Source: Myxococcota bacterium
Lineage (GTDB): Bacteria; Myxococcota_A; UBA796; SXON01
Assembly: GCA_040386535.1 (NCBI GenBank)
Contig: JAZKFH010000043.1
Span: forward strand, 23,070 to 87,069
Length of the DNA: 64,000 nt
Direction: 5' to 3'
Shown here: positions 30,901 to 39,008 of the stretch, in pieces
Numbering within the stretch: position 1 is the first letter of the stretch
How the letters are laid out: each line of letters opens with the position of its first letter
The notes under the pieces: generated by a model
What the model was told of the DNA's origin: nothing
The model's database searches: none
The model's input: only the letters and a program-made list of their open reading frames with translations
Program-made: the position numbers and the translations under genes

Positions 30901-31127
30901 GGGCGGCGCGCGCCGGCGGCGTCGCGACGATCCGGCCCGAGGAGGCCGCGGTGTGGCTGTACGGCACGGCGCTCCCGCGGGGGTGGATCGGCCACGAGGA
31001 CGCCGCGCTGGTGCTCCGTGCGCAGGCCCTCGCCGGCGCCCAGTCGGTGCCGGGGGAGATGGCGGCGGGCCTGCTGCGCGAGGCGCGGGCGTTCCTGGGG
31101 CGGAGCCCGGCGGCCCCGGTGGCGTAA
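27993..31127 (+). CDS. SNF2-family helicase with two SWIM zinc fingers
   Basis: SWIM motifs CTCPFDLEPACKH and CTCPDFATNRLGTCKH; LADDMGLGKT, DEAQ, LTGTPLEN, QRIARIHRLGQ. Confidence 0.95.
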   Translation: MTDDAALPDLSADVPPDAPQADPFLLDAEQLTRFASEGVLRRGVAYFREHRVTDVSWDETHVHAIVHGSRPFEPYEVVIRVDDGELDVGCTCPFDLEPACKHAVAALLAYGARQPVAEMQVRGAADAAVEERATRARGEVQVRHVAGDAWFGAWDAWSLDPRAGAGHRYRVGIRSVGERVNHCTCPDFATNRLGTCKHVEAVLLRLRKRGPKRFVELAEKGPPVPVVHLAWDVPGAPRIRLAGPREPSIAGYFSAEGLLRGELPSAWHAAREAIGAVATVGEDVEAHVRRLADDAAATVRSARIRDEIRQAGGHLPGVLARLYPYQVEGVAFLASAGRALLADDMGLGKTLQAIAAASWMMARDEVRHVLVVCPASLKHQWAREIRKFTGREAVVVSGGPESRGALYRQGAAFTIVNYELLLRDRDVVQRTLAPDLLVLDEAQRIKNWRTRIATCIKALSTTYAFVLTGTPLENRLEDLYSLLQVVDPRVLGPLWRYLLEFHVTEPSGKVIGYRNLGELRRRLAPVMLRRDRSLVRDQLPDRIETRLDIPLDSRQRALHDEAVDTAGRIALVAQRRPLTPEEEQRLMQALQRARMACDAAGLVDKETVGSPKLEELSRLLEELCVDGGRKVVVFSQWERMTVMAEQVAHALGLGTVRLHGGVPSHKRGALVDRFHEDPAVQVFISTDAGGTGLNLQVATALVNLDVPWNPAILEQRIARIHRLGQREPVQIVHLVAAEAYEARVAELVKGKRVLFDNVVNEDATEEVVGMSRKSVEAALASLEEARGADASASIDRVEVVEAPVDEVVPVVAEAVVAESAVTEAVATAVATAPILDTHVVVENVSAPSVVDPMDAVVAALDAAFGARIERVLAAKGGLVVVLHVVEPGDAARAEELARGVTVAVLDSATAAALARMGGGMPVPDARPVLVREPVKVVDVAARKLDAAQALLAADQVDEALVLMGSAVLAGAARAGGVATIRPEEAAVWLYGTALPRGWIGHEDAALVLRAQALAGAQSVPGEMAAGLLREARAFLGRSPAAPVA

Positions 31128-31174
31128 GCGGGCGGGGGGTCCGGCGTGGGCGTAGGCGGCGGGGACGCCGGCGC

Positions 31175-31585
31175 TCAGACGTGCCCGATCCAGCTCCGCA
31201 CGAGCGCCTCGAAGGCCGCGCGGTTGGCCGCGATCTGGTCACCCGCGCCGAGGGTGACCATGCACCGGTCCGTCGCGAGCCATTTGATCAACGGGTCCGT
31301 GATCTGCATGCCGGAGGCGTCCCGCACCTTGGCGCCCAGGTGGAACACGAGCTGCACCTTGTCCCGCGAGCGCAGGTGGAAGGTGGCGAAGTACTCGGTC
31401 GTCCGGAAGCTCGGCGCGTTCCACTTGATCGCCTCGCCGATCGTGGGGCTCACGCCGAGGAGGATGTGGCGCACGGCCTCGATCTCCGGCTTCAGCGGAT
31501 GGTCGAGGGCGGCGATGAAGGCCGTCACCGCGGCGTTGATCTGGGGGGTGTCGGCGGGGACGGCGGGGGACTTTCGAGGAGGCAT
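31175..31585 (-). CDS. DUF1801 (YdhG-like) domain protein
   Basis: LDHPLKPEIEAVR...EAIKWNAPSF...LVFHLGAK. Confidence 0.88.
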   Translation of the reverse strand: MPPRKSPAVPADTPQINAAVTAFIAALDHPLKPEIEAVRHILLGVSPTIGEAIKWNAPSFRTTEYFATFHLRSRDKVQLVFHLGAKVRDASGMQITDPLIKWLATDRCMVTLGAGDQIAANRAAFEALVRSWIGHV

Positions 31586-31634
31586 GACGCCGAGCTTATG
31601 GGCGGCGCGCGCGGGTGACAACGCCGTTCACCCC

Positions 31635-32375
31635 TCAACCCGGCCGCACCCGCCGCTCGAACAGGAACGTGCCGAACGGCACCAGCGACGCGACGAACGC
31701 GCCCGCCATCGTCGGGAGTCGCCAGCCCGCGACGCCCGCGGCGTTGCCGAGCGCGAGCAGGAAAAGGATCGTGAGCACGCCGTGCACCCAGCCGATCCAG
31801 CCCTGGCCGCCGTCGAGCTGGATGCCGAGGCCGTACTTGAGCGGCATCGAGACGCACATCAGCAGGATCAGGGAGAGGCCCTCGGCCCGCGCGCAGGCCC
31901 AGAACCACGCGATCGTGCGCGCGGCGGCGTCCGGTGCGGGCGCGGGTGCGGCGCCGCGCGCGAACCAGGCCGCGAGGGCTCCGAGGAGCACGGGCACGAC
32001 GAGGCCGAGCGGCACGGCTTCGGCGCCGCCGGTGCGGACGACCATGACGCCCACCGAGGAGGCGAGGCCGGCGACGGCGAAGGCCGCGGCGATGGCGCTG
32101 CGCGCGGCGGGGCGCGCGGCGAACACGGCGGCCTGGAGGGCCACGAGGCTGGCGAGCATCGCCATCGAGATCGACGGGTCGGCCATGGTGCGGCCGGTGA
32201 GCTTCATCAGGCCGTAGCCGGCGAGCCAGGTCGCGACGAAGCCGGAGGTGGCCGCGCCGTACGCAGCGAGCTGGCGCTCGCGTTGGCCGGGGAGCAGCGC
32301 CGCACCGAGGACGCCCGATGCGAAGAGGGCGACGCCGACGAACTTGAGGAACCGGAGGGCCAGCCAGACGGACAT
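31635..32375 (-). CDS. Membrane protein with C-terminal DUF3817-like domain
   Basis: AEGLSLILL...MPLKY...GWVHG...ASLVPFGTF. Confidence 0.8.
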   Translation of the reverse strand: MSVWLALRFLKFVGVALFASGVLGAALLPGQRERQLAAYGAATSGFVATWLAGYGLMKLTGRTMADPSISMAMLASLVALQAAVFAARPAARSAIAAAFAVAGLASSVGVMVVRTGGAEAVPLGLVVPVLLGALAAWFARGAAPAPAPDAAARTIAWFWACARAEGLSLILLMCVSMPLKYGLGIQLDGGQGWIGWVHGVLTILFLLALGNAAGVAGWRLPTMAGAFVASLVPFGTFLFERRVRPG

Positions 32376-32431
32376 CCGAGCGTTCTATCCGCCGCGTGCG
32401 CCGCACTCGACGCGGTGGCGCCACGCCCCGG

Positions 32432-33382
32432 TCAACGGCGCGTCACAGCGGTCTCGGTACCCGCGATGAAGGCCTCCGCCTCCGCACATTCGCGGCCGTA
32501 CAGCTCCGCCACCCAGTCGACGAACACGCGCACCCGTGCCGCGAGGTGGCGGTTGCGTGGGTAGAGCACGGACAGCGGCAGGCTCCCGGCGCTCCAGTCG
32601 GGGAGCACGCGGCGGAGCTGGCCGCGGACGAGGTGCTCGCGCACGTTGCGGGAGCATGGGAGCTGGATCAGGCCGAGCCCGGCCACGGCGAGGGCGACCC
32701 AGGTGTCGGCGTCGTTGGCGGCGGCCGCCGAGCGCGGGACGAAGCTGCGCGTCACGCCGTCGCGCGTGAAGTCGACCTCGAAGAGCCGGCCGGTGCGGGC
32801 CGAGAAGCAGTTGACGAAGACGTGCGCGTCGAGCGCGTCGAGGTCGGCGGGCACCCCGTGCGCCTCGAGGTAGGCGGGCGCCGCGCACGTGACGACGGGG
32901 AGGGCGCCGACGCGCCGCGCCACGAGCGACTCGTCGTGCATGTCGCCGCCGCGGATGACACAGTCCACGCCCTCGCCGGCCAGGTCGACCGGGCGATCGG
33001 TGCTCCCGAGCTCGACCGTGACCTCGGGGTACCGCGCGAGGAACTCGGGGAGCGCCGGCGCGATGACGTGGCGGCCGGCGGCCGCAGGCACGTCGACCCG
33101 CACCCGCCCCTGGGGCGCCCGCGTGGCCCGGCCCATCCCGGACTCCAGCTCGCTCAGCTCGCGCACGAGCCGCGCGGACTCCTCGTAGTAGGCGGCGCCG
33201 TCGGCCGTGAGCGCCACCCGCCGGGTCGTGCGGTTCAGCAGCCGCACCTGCAGGCGCGCCTCGAGCTCCTGCACCGCCGCGGTGGCGCTCGCCTTCGGCA
33301 ACCGCAGCGCCTCGGCCGCCCGGCTGAAGCTGCCGAGCTCCGCCACCCGCGCGAACACCTCGATCGTACGCAGCCGGTCCAT
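32432..33382 (-). CDS. LysR-family regulator (CrgA-like)
   Basis: VFARVAELGSFSRAA...LEARLQVRLLNRTTR. Confidence 0.96.
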   Translation of the reverse strand: MDRLRTIEVFARVAELGSFSRAAEALRLPKASATAAVQELEARLQVRLLNRTTRRVALTADGAAYYEESARLVRELSELESGMGRATRAPQGRVRVDVPAAAGRHVIAPALPEFLARYPEVTVELGSTDRPVDLAGEGVDCVIRGGDMHDESLVARRVGALPVVTCAAPAYLEAHGVPADLDALDAHVFVNCFSARTGRLFEVDFTRDGVTRSFVPRSAAAANDADTWVALAVAGLGLIQLPCSRNVREHLVRGQLRRVLPDWSAGSLPLSVLYPRNRHLAARVRVFVDWVAELYGRECAEAEAFIAGTETAVTRR

Positions 33383-33505
33383 GCGCCCGACTATCCAAAC
33401 CGAGCGAACAGTGTGTCCACGAACGCGCCATTTACGCGGCCATCGACGAACAGTACCTTCTCGTCACCCCGCGGGCCCACGCCGCGGCCCACCCAGGAGC
33501 CTCCG

Positions 33506-34507
33506 ATGAACGTCCCTTTGTCTCCGGCGCACGCGCGCACCCTCGGCACCACCGGCCCCGCGGTCTTTCCGCTCGCGCTCGGCTGCATGGGCATGTCCAA
33601 GATGTACGGCCCGGCCGACGAGGCGGAGAGCATCGCCACGATCCACGCCGCGCTGGACCACGGCGTCAACCTCCTCGACACCGGCGACTTCTACGGCTGC
33701 GGCCACAACGAGCGGCTCGTCGGGCGCGCCCTCGCCGGCCGTCGTGACCAGGCGGTGCTCTCCGTGAAGTTCGGCGCCTTGCGCGCGCCGGGCGGCGGAT
33801 GGGGCGGGGTGGACGGCCGGCCGGCCGCGGTCAAGAACTTCGCCGCCTACAGCCTGGATCGCCTGGGCGTCGACCACATCGACGTGTACCGCCTCGCCCG
33901 GCTCGACCCGGAGGTGCCGATCGAGGACACCATCGGCGCCGTCGCCGAGCTGGTGAAGGCCGGGTACGTGCGCCACATCGGCCTGTCCGAGGTGAGCGCC
34001 GAGACCGTGCGCCGCGCCGCCGCCGTGCACCCCATCGCCGACCTGCAGATCGAGTACTCGCTCATCAGCCGCGGCCCAGAGGCGTCGGTGTTCCCCGCGC
34101 TCGACACGCTCGGCATCGGCGTGACCGCGTACGGCGTGTTGTCCCGCGGGCTCCTGTCCGGCTCCAAACCCGCAGGGGAGGGCGACTATCGCGCCTGGCT
34201 CCCCCGCTTCGCCCCCGAGAACCGGGCGCGGAACGAGGCGATCGTCACCGCGCTGGCAACCCTCGCGGCGGAGCGCGGTGTCACCCCGAGCCAGCTGGCC
34301 ATCGCCTGGGTGCTGGCCAAGCGACCCAACATCGTCCCGCTCATCGGCGCGCGCACGCGGATCCAACTCGAGGAGTCGCTCGGCGCCTTGTCGATCACGC
34401 TCGGCCCCGACGATCTCGCGGCGATCGAGCGGGCGATCCCGGCGGATGCCGCGGCGGGCACCCGCTACGACGCGCACCACATGGGGACGCTCGACAGCGA
34501 GCGGTGA
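33506..34507 (+). CDS. Aldo/keto reductase
   Basis: LGCMGMS, DTGDFYG, SVKFG, IGLSE, QIEYSL; divergent from the LysR gene. Confidence 0.96.
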   Translation: MNVPLSPAHARTLGTTGPAVFPLALGCMGMSKMYGPADEAESIATIHAALDHGVNLLDTGDFYGCGHNERLVGRALAGRRDQAVLSVKFGALRAPGGGWGGVDGRPAAVKNFAAYSLDRLGVDHIDVYRLARLDPEVPIEDTIGAVAELVKAGYVRHIGLSEVSAETVRRAAAVHPIADLQIEYSLISRGPEASVFPALDTLGIGVTAYGVLSRGLLSGSKPAGEGDYRAWLPRFAPENRARNEAIVTALATLAAERGVTPSQLAIAWVLAKRPNIVPLIGARTRIQLEESLGALSITLGPDDLAAIERAIPADAAAGTRYDAHHMGTLDSER

Positions 34508-34536
34508 GGTCCGGTGCCGCGGGGGCGCGGGGGCGC

Positions 34537-35184
34537 CTACTTGCGGCGCTTGATCACGTCCTGTACGGCGTTGATGATGGGGTTGTACCAGTAGTTCCGG
34601 AACTCCATCCCGCCCGGCGCCTTGCAGATCCGCTCGGCGGAGAGCATGTCCCGCGAGGCCACGTCGAAGAACACGGGCCACACACACGCCTCGTCCTGCC
34701 CCTTGGCGAGGCGCTCCACGACGATCCCGAAGCCCGTCCCGCTGGTGGAGATCAACGTCCACCCGCGGACGAGCGCCGCCACGTCGGGCTCGGTCAGCCG
34801 GGCGGCGTCCTTGCCGAGCGCCTCGGGTCGGAACCAATTCGACGCGCGCGGGGCGGTCTGCCCGTCGGGCTCGGGGAGCTCGGCCACGAGATCGACCACG
34901 AGGTCCTTCTCCATCCGCTTCATCAGGTCGCCGAGGAACATCGCGTTCCAATCGACGGTGAGTTGGGACCACACGTCGCCCGGCGTGGCGTAGCGCCCGA
35001 TCCGGTCGGACAACCCCCCGCCGGGGCCCCAGAACACCCGCGCCTCGGGGTCGGAGAACGTGTCGGGGACGTACATCTCGGCGCGGCTGTAATCGAGCCC
35101 CGCCCACACGATCGTGGCGCCGGGCGTGAGCCGGTCGTCGACCGGATCGGCGAGCGTGGGCGGGACCAGGGCGAACAGGAACAT
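34537..35184 (-). CDS. Exported hypothetical protein
   Basis: Short signal MFLFALVPPTLA; WAGLDYS...GMEFRNYW. Confidence 0.75.
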   Translation of the reverse strand: MFLFALVPPTLADPVDDRLTPGATIVWAGLDYSRAEMYVPDTFSDPEARVFWGPGGGLSDRIGRYATPGDVWSQLTVDWNAMFLGDLMKRMEKDLVVDLVAELPEPDGQTAPRASNWFRPEALGKDAARLTEPDVAALVRGWTLISTSGTGFGIVVERLAKGQDEACVWPVFFDVASRDMLSAERICKAPGGMEFRNYWYNPIINAVQDVIKRRK

Positions 35185-35218
35185 GTGCGACCTCGAGGGG
35201 GCACCCCCTATCGTGCCA

Positions 35219-37285
35219 TCAGGGCGCCGCCTCGATCTCCAGCAGGTAGCGCGTGAGATCCGCGGCCTCGGTCAGCACGATCCCGTGCGCAACCAATGCC
35301 TCCTCCACGGTCCCTGCCCGCCCGTCGTGCAGGTAGGGCGCGGTCGCGAACAACCCGCGCAGGCTCGGCGTCCGCAGCCCGGTGAGGGGCACGCCGTCGC
35401 GACCGCCGGAGGTCTCGAGGAGCGTCCCCACGTCGTGGAGGATCGGCGTGCCGTCCTCGTTCCAGCCCGCGTCGGTCGCCTCGGGGCCGACGTGGCAGGT
35501 TTCGCACCCCTCTGCCACGAAAATGGCGCGCCCGCGTTCACCGGACTCGGTCGCCGTGCCGTCCGCCTCGCGCCAGGGGGAGCGGGGCACGTCCGCGGCG
35601 AAGCTCCCGACGTAGGCGGCGAGCGCGTCGAGCTCCGGGGACAGGCCCGCCTTGGGCTCCCCGAGCGGATCCTCGCAGGTGGCGTAGTCGGCGTCGGACA
35701 GGAACCCGGCGCCGGCCTGGTGCGCGCGGATGGCGTTCTCGAAGTCCTGCACCTCGTCGAAGTTGGCGCTCCAATGGAGCGGCCCCGCCGCGGGCATCGC
35801 GAAGAGCGCCTGGGTGTCGCGGAGGCCCTCGCCGCGGTCGGTGAAGTCCCAGGTGCGGGCGTCCTGGCTGCCGTCGGGGTGGCAGCTGGCGCAGGACACG
35901 TACGCGTCGGTGCTCATGCGGGGATCGCCCGCGCCGTGGAACACGCGCGCGCCCAGGAGCAGCTCGGCGGAGAGGGGCTCGTCCACGAGGAGCGGGATCC
36001 GGGCGAGCTCGACCTCTCCGTTGATGCCACCCAGATCGTAGGCAACCAACTCCCGGTCGATGGACGCGAGCACCCAGGCGGTCTCGCCGTCGGTCACGAG
36101 CCCGTCCAACCCCACGCCCACCTCCTGGAAACCGCCCAGGCGGGTGAGCGAGAACGGATCGAGCACATCCACCACGCCCGCGCCGGAGTGGGCGACCAGG
36201 AGCCGATCGCCGAGGGGGGTGAACGCGACGGCGCCGACGACGTCGCGGTTGTCGAACAGGGCGCGCCCGAGCGCCTCGCCGGTGGTCGCGTCGAGGAGCC
36301 GCAAGGACGACCGCGTGGACGTTTCGTGCGTGAGCGGCAGCCCGTCCCGTTGCAGGCCGCGGTCCATGTTGGACTTGGCGCCCGCGATGACCACGGCGCG
36401 CCCGTCGGGGCGGATCGCCACGGCGCCGAGCAGGGTGGGGAGCCCGCGCGCGTCGGTGTCGGAGTCGGGGCCCGGATCGGGGGCGAGCGACCACTCGACG
36501 ACGCTGCCCGCCTCGAACCGGGTGGTGACGCCGCCCGTCGAGGGCGACCGGAACCGGGCCGCGAACAGCACGTCGTCGGTCGCGGCCACGCCCCGCGGGT
36601 CCGGGAGCTCGCCGACCTGCTCGGTCTCGCCGCCCGTCCGCAGGTGGACGAGCTCGCCCGTCCCCGCGAGCGCCACGTACGCGCCGCCGCCCCGGGGATC
36701 GACGGCGATGCCCATGGGACGGGCGCCCCAGCGCTGCGGCACCTCGGCGATGCGCGTGCGGCTCGTCGTGTCCCAGAACTGCACGGCGTCGTCCCGGCAG
36801 GCCACCGCGAGCTGGCCCTGCGCCGCGCTCACCGCGACGGGATGGCCGCAGACAGCGAGCCGATCGATCACCACGTTGTTCTCGACGACCACGACCAGGT
36901 CGGCGTCGGGGACCGCGGCGTACACTACGCCGTCGGCGAGGGCGAGCCGCCCGCTGCTCGTCGGCGGCGTCGCGAGCGGCTCGTGCACGACCACCACCGT
37001 GGCGCTGGCGGTGTCGGAGCGACCGTCCGACGCGGTGGCCGTCAGCCGGAGCGTGTACCGCCCCGGCTCGGCGTAGACGTGCTCGCCCCCCGCGCCCTCG
37101 CCGGTACCGCCGTCGCCGAAGTCCCAGGTGAACGTGTCACCCGCGCTCCCCAACGAGCTGAACACCACGTCCACCCCGACGAACACGACGAACTCGCCAC
37201 CCAACTGCGCGCTGGGCGCGGCGACCACGTCGGGCGTGGCCTTGGGCGGGTCTACGCACGCGAGGAGGGCGAGGAGCGCGATCAC
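35219..37285 (-). CDS. PKD + beta-propeller + diheme cytochrome c (CcP/MauG-like) lipoprotein
   Basis: VIALLALLAC; PKD motif WDFGDG; propeller repeats; CASCH and CETCH; TPSLRGLFATAPYLHDG. GTGA overlap with the upstream gene. Confidence 0.9.
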   Translation of the reverse strand: MIALLALLACVDPPKATPDVVAAPSAQLGGEFVVFVGVDVVFSSLGSAGDTFTWDFGDGGTGEGAGGEHVYAEPGRYTLRLTATASDGRSDTASATVVVVHEPLATPPTSSGRLALADGVVYAAVPDADLVVVVENNVVIDRLAVCGHPVAVSAAQGQLAVACRDDAVQFWDTTSRTRIAEVPQRWGARPMGIAVDPRGGGAYVALAGTGELVHLRTGGETEQVGELPDPRGVAATDDVLFAARFRSPSTGGVTTRFEAGSVVEWSLAPDPGPDSDTDARGLPTLLGAVAIRPDGRAVVIAGAKSNMDRGLQRDGLPLTHETSTRSSLRLLDATTGEALGRALFDNRDVVGAVAFTPLGDRLLVAHSGAGVVDVLDPFSLTRLGGFQEVGVGLDGLVTDGETAWVLASIDRELVAYDLGGINGEVELARIPLLVDEPLSAELLLGARVFHGAGDPRMSTDAYVSCASCHPDGSQDARTWDFTDRGEGLRDTQALFAMPAAGPLHWSANFDEVQDFENAIRAHQAGAGFLSDADYATCEDPLGEPKAGLSPELDALAAYVGSFAADVPRSPWREADGTATESGERGRAIFVAEGCETCHVGPEATDAGWNEDGTPILHDVGTLLETSGGRDGVPLTGLRTPSLRGLFATAPYLHDGRAGTVEEALVAHGIVLTEAADLTRYLLEIEAAP

Positions 37286-38766
37286 CACGGGATCTCCGCC
37301 ACGTCGGCGCCGGTGGCGAACACGAAGCGCAGGGTGGCCTCCGTCGGGTTGCCGCTCACGTCCGCGATGCCGCCGGCCGGCACCTCCACGACGTAGGTGG
37401 TGTCGGTGTCGAAGGGGGCGTCGGGCACGAAGTTCACGAGGCTCTCCTGGCCGTAGAAGCGGCCGGGGACGGCGGCGCCGTCGGCCCGCCACACGCGGAG
37501 GGAGCCGGCGTGGACGCTGCGGGGCTCGATCTGCTCGTCGAAGGAGAGGCCGACGCGGCCCGAGGTCGGCACCCACGTCGCGCCGTCCGCGGGGCTGGTC
37601 AGCTCCGCCGTGGGCCCGCGCGCGTCGGGCTCGGTGGCCCAGGGGAACACCTGCGTCGCGAGGCCGGGATCACCGCCCTCGTCCACGCTCGCGACCGCCA
37701 CGTTGCCGATGGGCGTGAGCGTGTCGAAGTCACCCCGCATGTCGATCCGGGCGATCTCCGTCGGCGCCGCCGGGTCGGTGAAGTCGTAGCGGGCCCCGTA
37801 GTTGGACTCGCCCTGGAACAACACGTCGTGATGGCGAAAGACGTAGCCTCCGTCGCCCTCGGGCGCGAAGGCCGCCCCCACGCGCACCGGCGCCGTCGGA
37901 TCGATCAGGTCGTATACGATCGGCCCGCCGCCCTCCGTCTTGCGGGCGAAGAACGCGTAGCGTCCGCCCACGTTGGCGAAGTAGTACGGCCGCGCCCGCC
38001 CGTCCTCGTCCTCGGGCTCCCAATCGGCCAGCAGCTGCCAATTCGACGGATCGCCGATGTCCCACAACATCGTCCGTGTCAGGCCCGCGGAGGACGCCAG
38101 CGCGAGGTTCCCGATGACATGAAAACTCCCGGCCATGAACGCCGTCTCGGTCCACTGGGAGAGGATCACCGGCGCGGAAAGATCACGCACGTCGACCGCG
38201 AACACCCCGAGGAACCCGGCGCTCACGTACAAGATGTCGCCCTGCCAGAACGTGGAGAGCGCGACACGGAAATACGCGTCCGGGTAGTGGTAGCCGGGCA
38301 GCTCGAGGTCGGAGAGCCAAACGGGCGCGGTGGGATCCGTCAGGTCCCAGAACCCGATCCCGCCGCGGTCGCCGTCGTGATGCGCGTCCACCGCAAGGAT
38401 CGTGCGCCCACCCACGTCCGCGATGGCGAGCGTGTGGCTCTCGCGCATCAGCTCGCTGTACGCCTCGCCGACCTTCACCGGCGCGCACGGGTCGGAGAAG
38501 TCGAACAGGCTCACCCCGCCGCCGCCGTCCTCGGGCGCCCACGGGAGCACCAGCCATCCGTCGTACATGCCCACGAGGTTGTGGTGCTCGGCGTCCTCGG
38601 GCCCCCCGGTGAGCGCGGCGCACGGCTGATCGAGGGCCGCCGCGTCGAAGCTGGCGACGGGGCCGCCGGGGCCGGCGAGCACGTAGTCGTCGGGGGCGGG
38701 GAACACGTGGGGTTCGACCGGCACGGCGGGCGGCTCGGTGCAGGCGAGGACGAGGACGAGGAGCAT
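37282..38766 (-). CDS. LVIVD-repeat propeller + Ig-like (Big_5-like) lipoprotein
   Basis: MLLVLVLAC; repeated FDFSDPCAP / WDLTDPTAP / VDVRDLSAP / YDLIDPTAP; C-terminal SPADGA...FDE...IADVSGN...FAT. Confidence 0.85.
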   Translation of the reverse strand: MLLVLVLACTEPPAVPVEPHVFPAPDDYVLAGPGGPVASFDAAALDQPCAALTGGPEDAEHHNLVGMYDGWLVLPWAPEDGGGGVSLFDFSDPCAPVKVGEAYSELMRESHTLAIADVGGRTILAVDAHHDGDRGGIGFWDLTDPTAPVWLSDLELPGYHYPDAYFRVALSTFWQGDILYVSAGFLGVFAVDVRDLSAPVILSQWTETAFMAGSFHVIGNLALASSAGLTRTMLWDIGDPSNWQLLADWEPEDEDGRARPYYFANVGGRYAFFARKTEGGGPIVYDLIDPTAPVRVGAAFAPEGDGGYVFRHHDVLFQGESNYGARYDFTDPAAPTEIARIDMRGDFDTLTPIGNVAVASVDEGGDPGLATQVFPWATEPDARGPTAELTSPADGATWVPTSGRVGLSFDEQIEPRSVHAGSLRVWRADGAAVPGRFYGQESLVNFVPDAPFDTDTTYVVEVPAGGIADVSGNPTEATLRFVFATGADVAEIPW

Positions 38767-38854
38767 GGTGAGGCCCGCGGGGAGCGCAGCTTAGGGTTGG
38801 CTTCGAGCCGATGTCCAGCACTTGGGGCGACGAGGCTGTCCCCTACGTCGGCAT

Positions 38855-38962
38855 GCGCGAGGGACACGGAGGGCGCGGGGCCGCGCCAGCGGCTCCGCGG
38901 TTCGGCGCCGCCCACGCGGAGCGGGGGCGCGCGCCAACCGAGCGCGCAGCGCGAGCCTGGAG
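38855..38962 (+). repeat. Intergenic GC-rich structured repeat related to 63141-63250 (reverse); contains hairpin repeat copy 4
   Basis: Shared blocks GCGCGAGGG..GGAGGGCGCG, CGCGGTTCGGCGCCGC, GCGGAGC and CGCGCCAAC, then a triloop hairpin. Confidence 0.65.
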
Positions 38963-39008
38963 TGGCCCGGCCCCGGCGTCCGCGCCGGGGACGCGCCCGC
39001 AGTCGGGC

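Noticed and set aside
27498..30995. Very long antisense or alternate-frame ORFs (e.g. 27498..30995-, 7463..9970-, 55370..58087-, 49834..52665-, 61364..63898-)
   Set aside because: Shadow ORFs expected in very GC-rich DNA. They overlap motif-bearing genes and translate to Arg/Pro/Gly-rich or antisense-patterned sequence.
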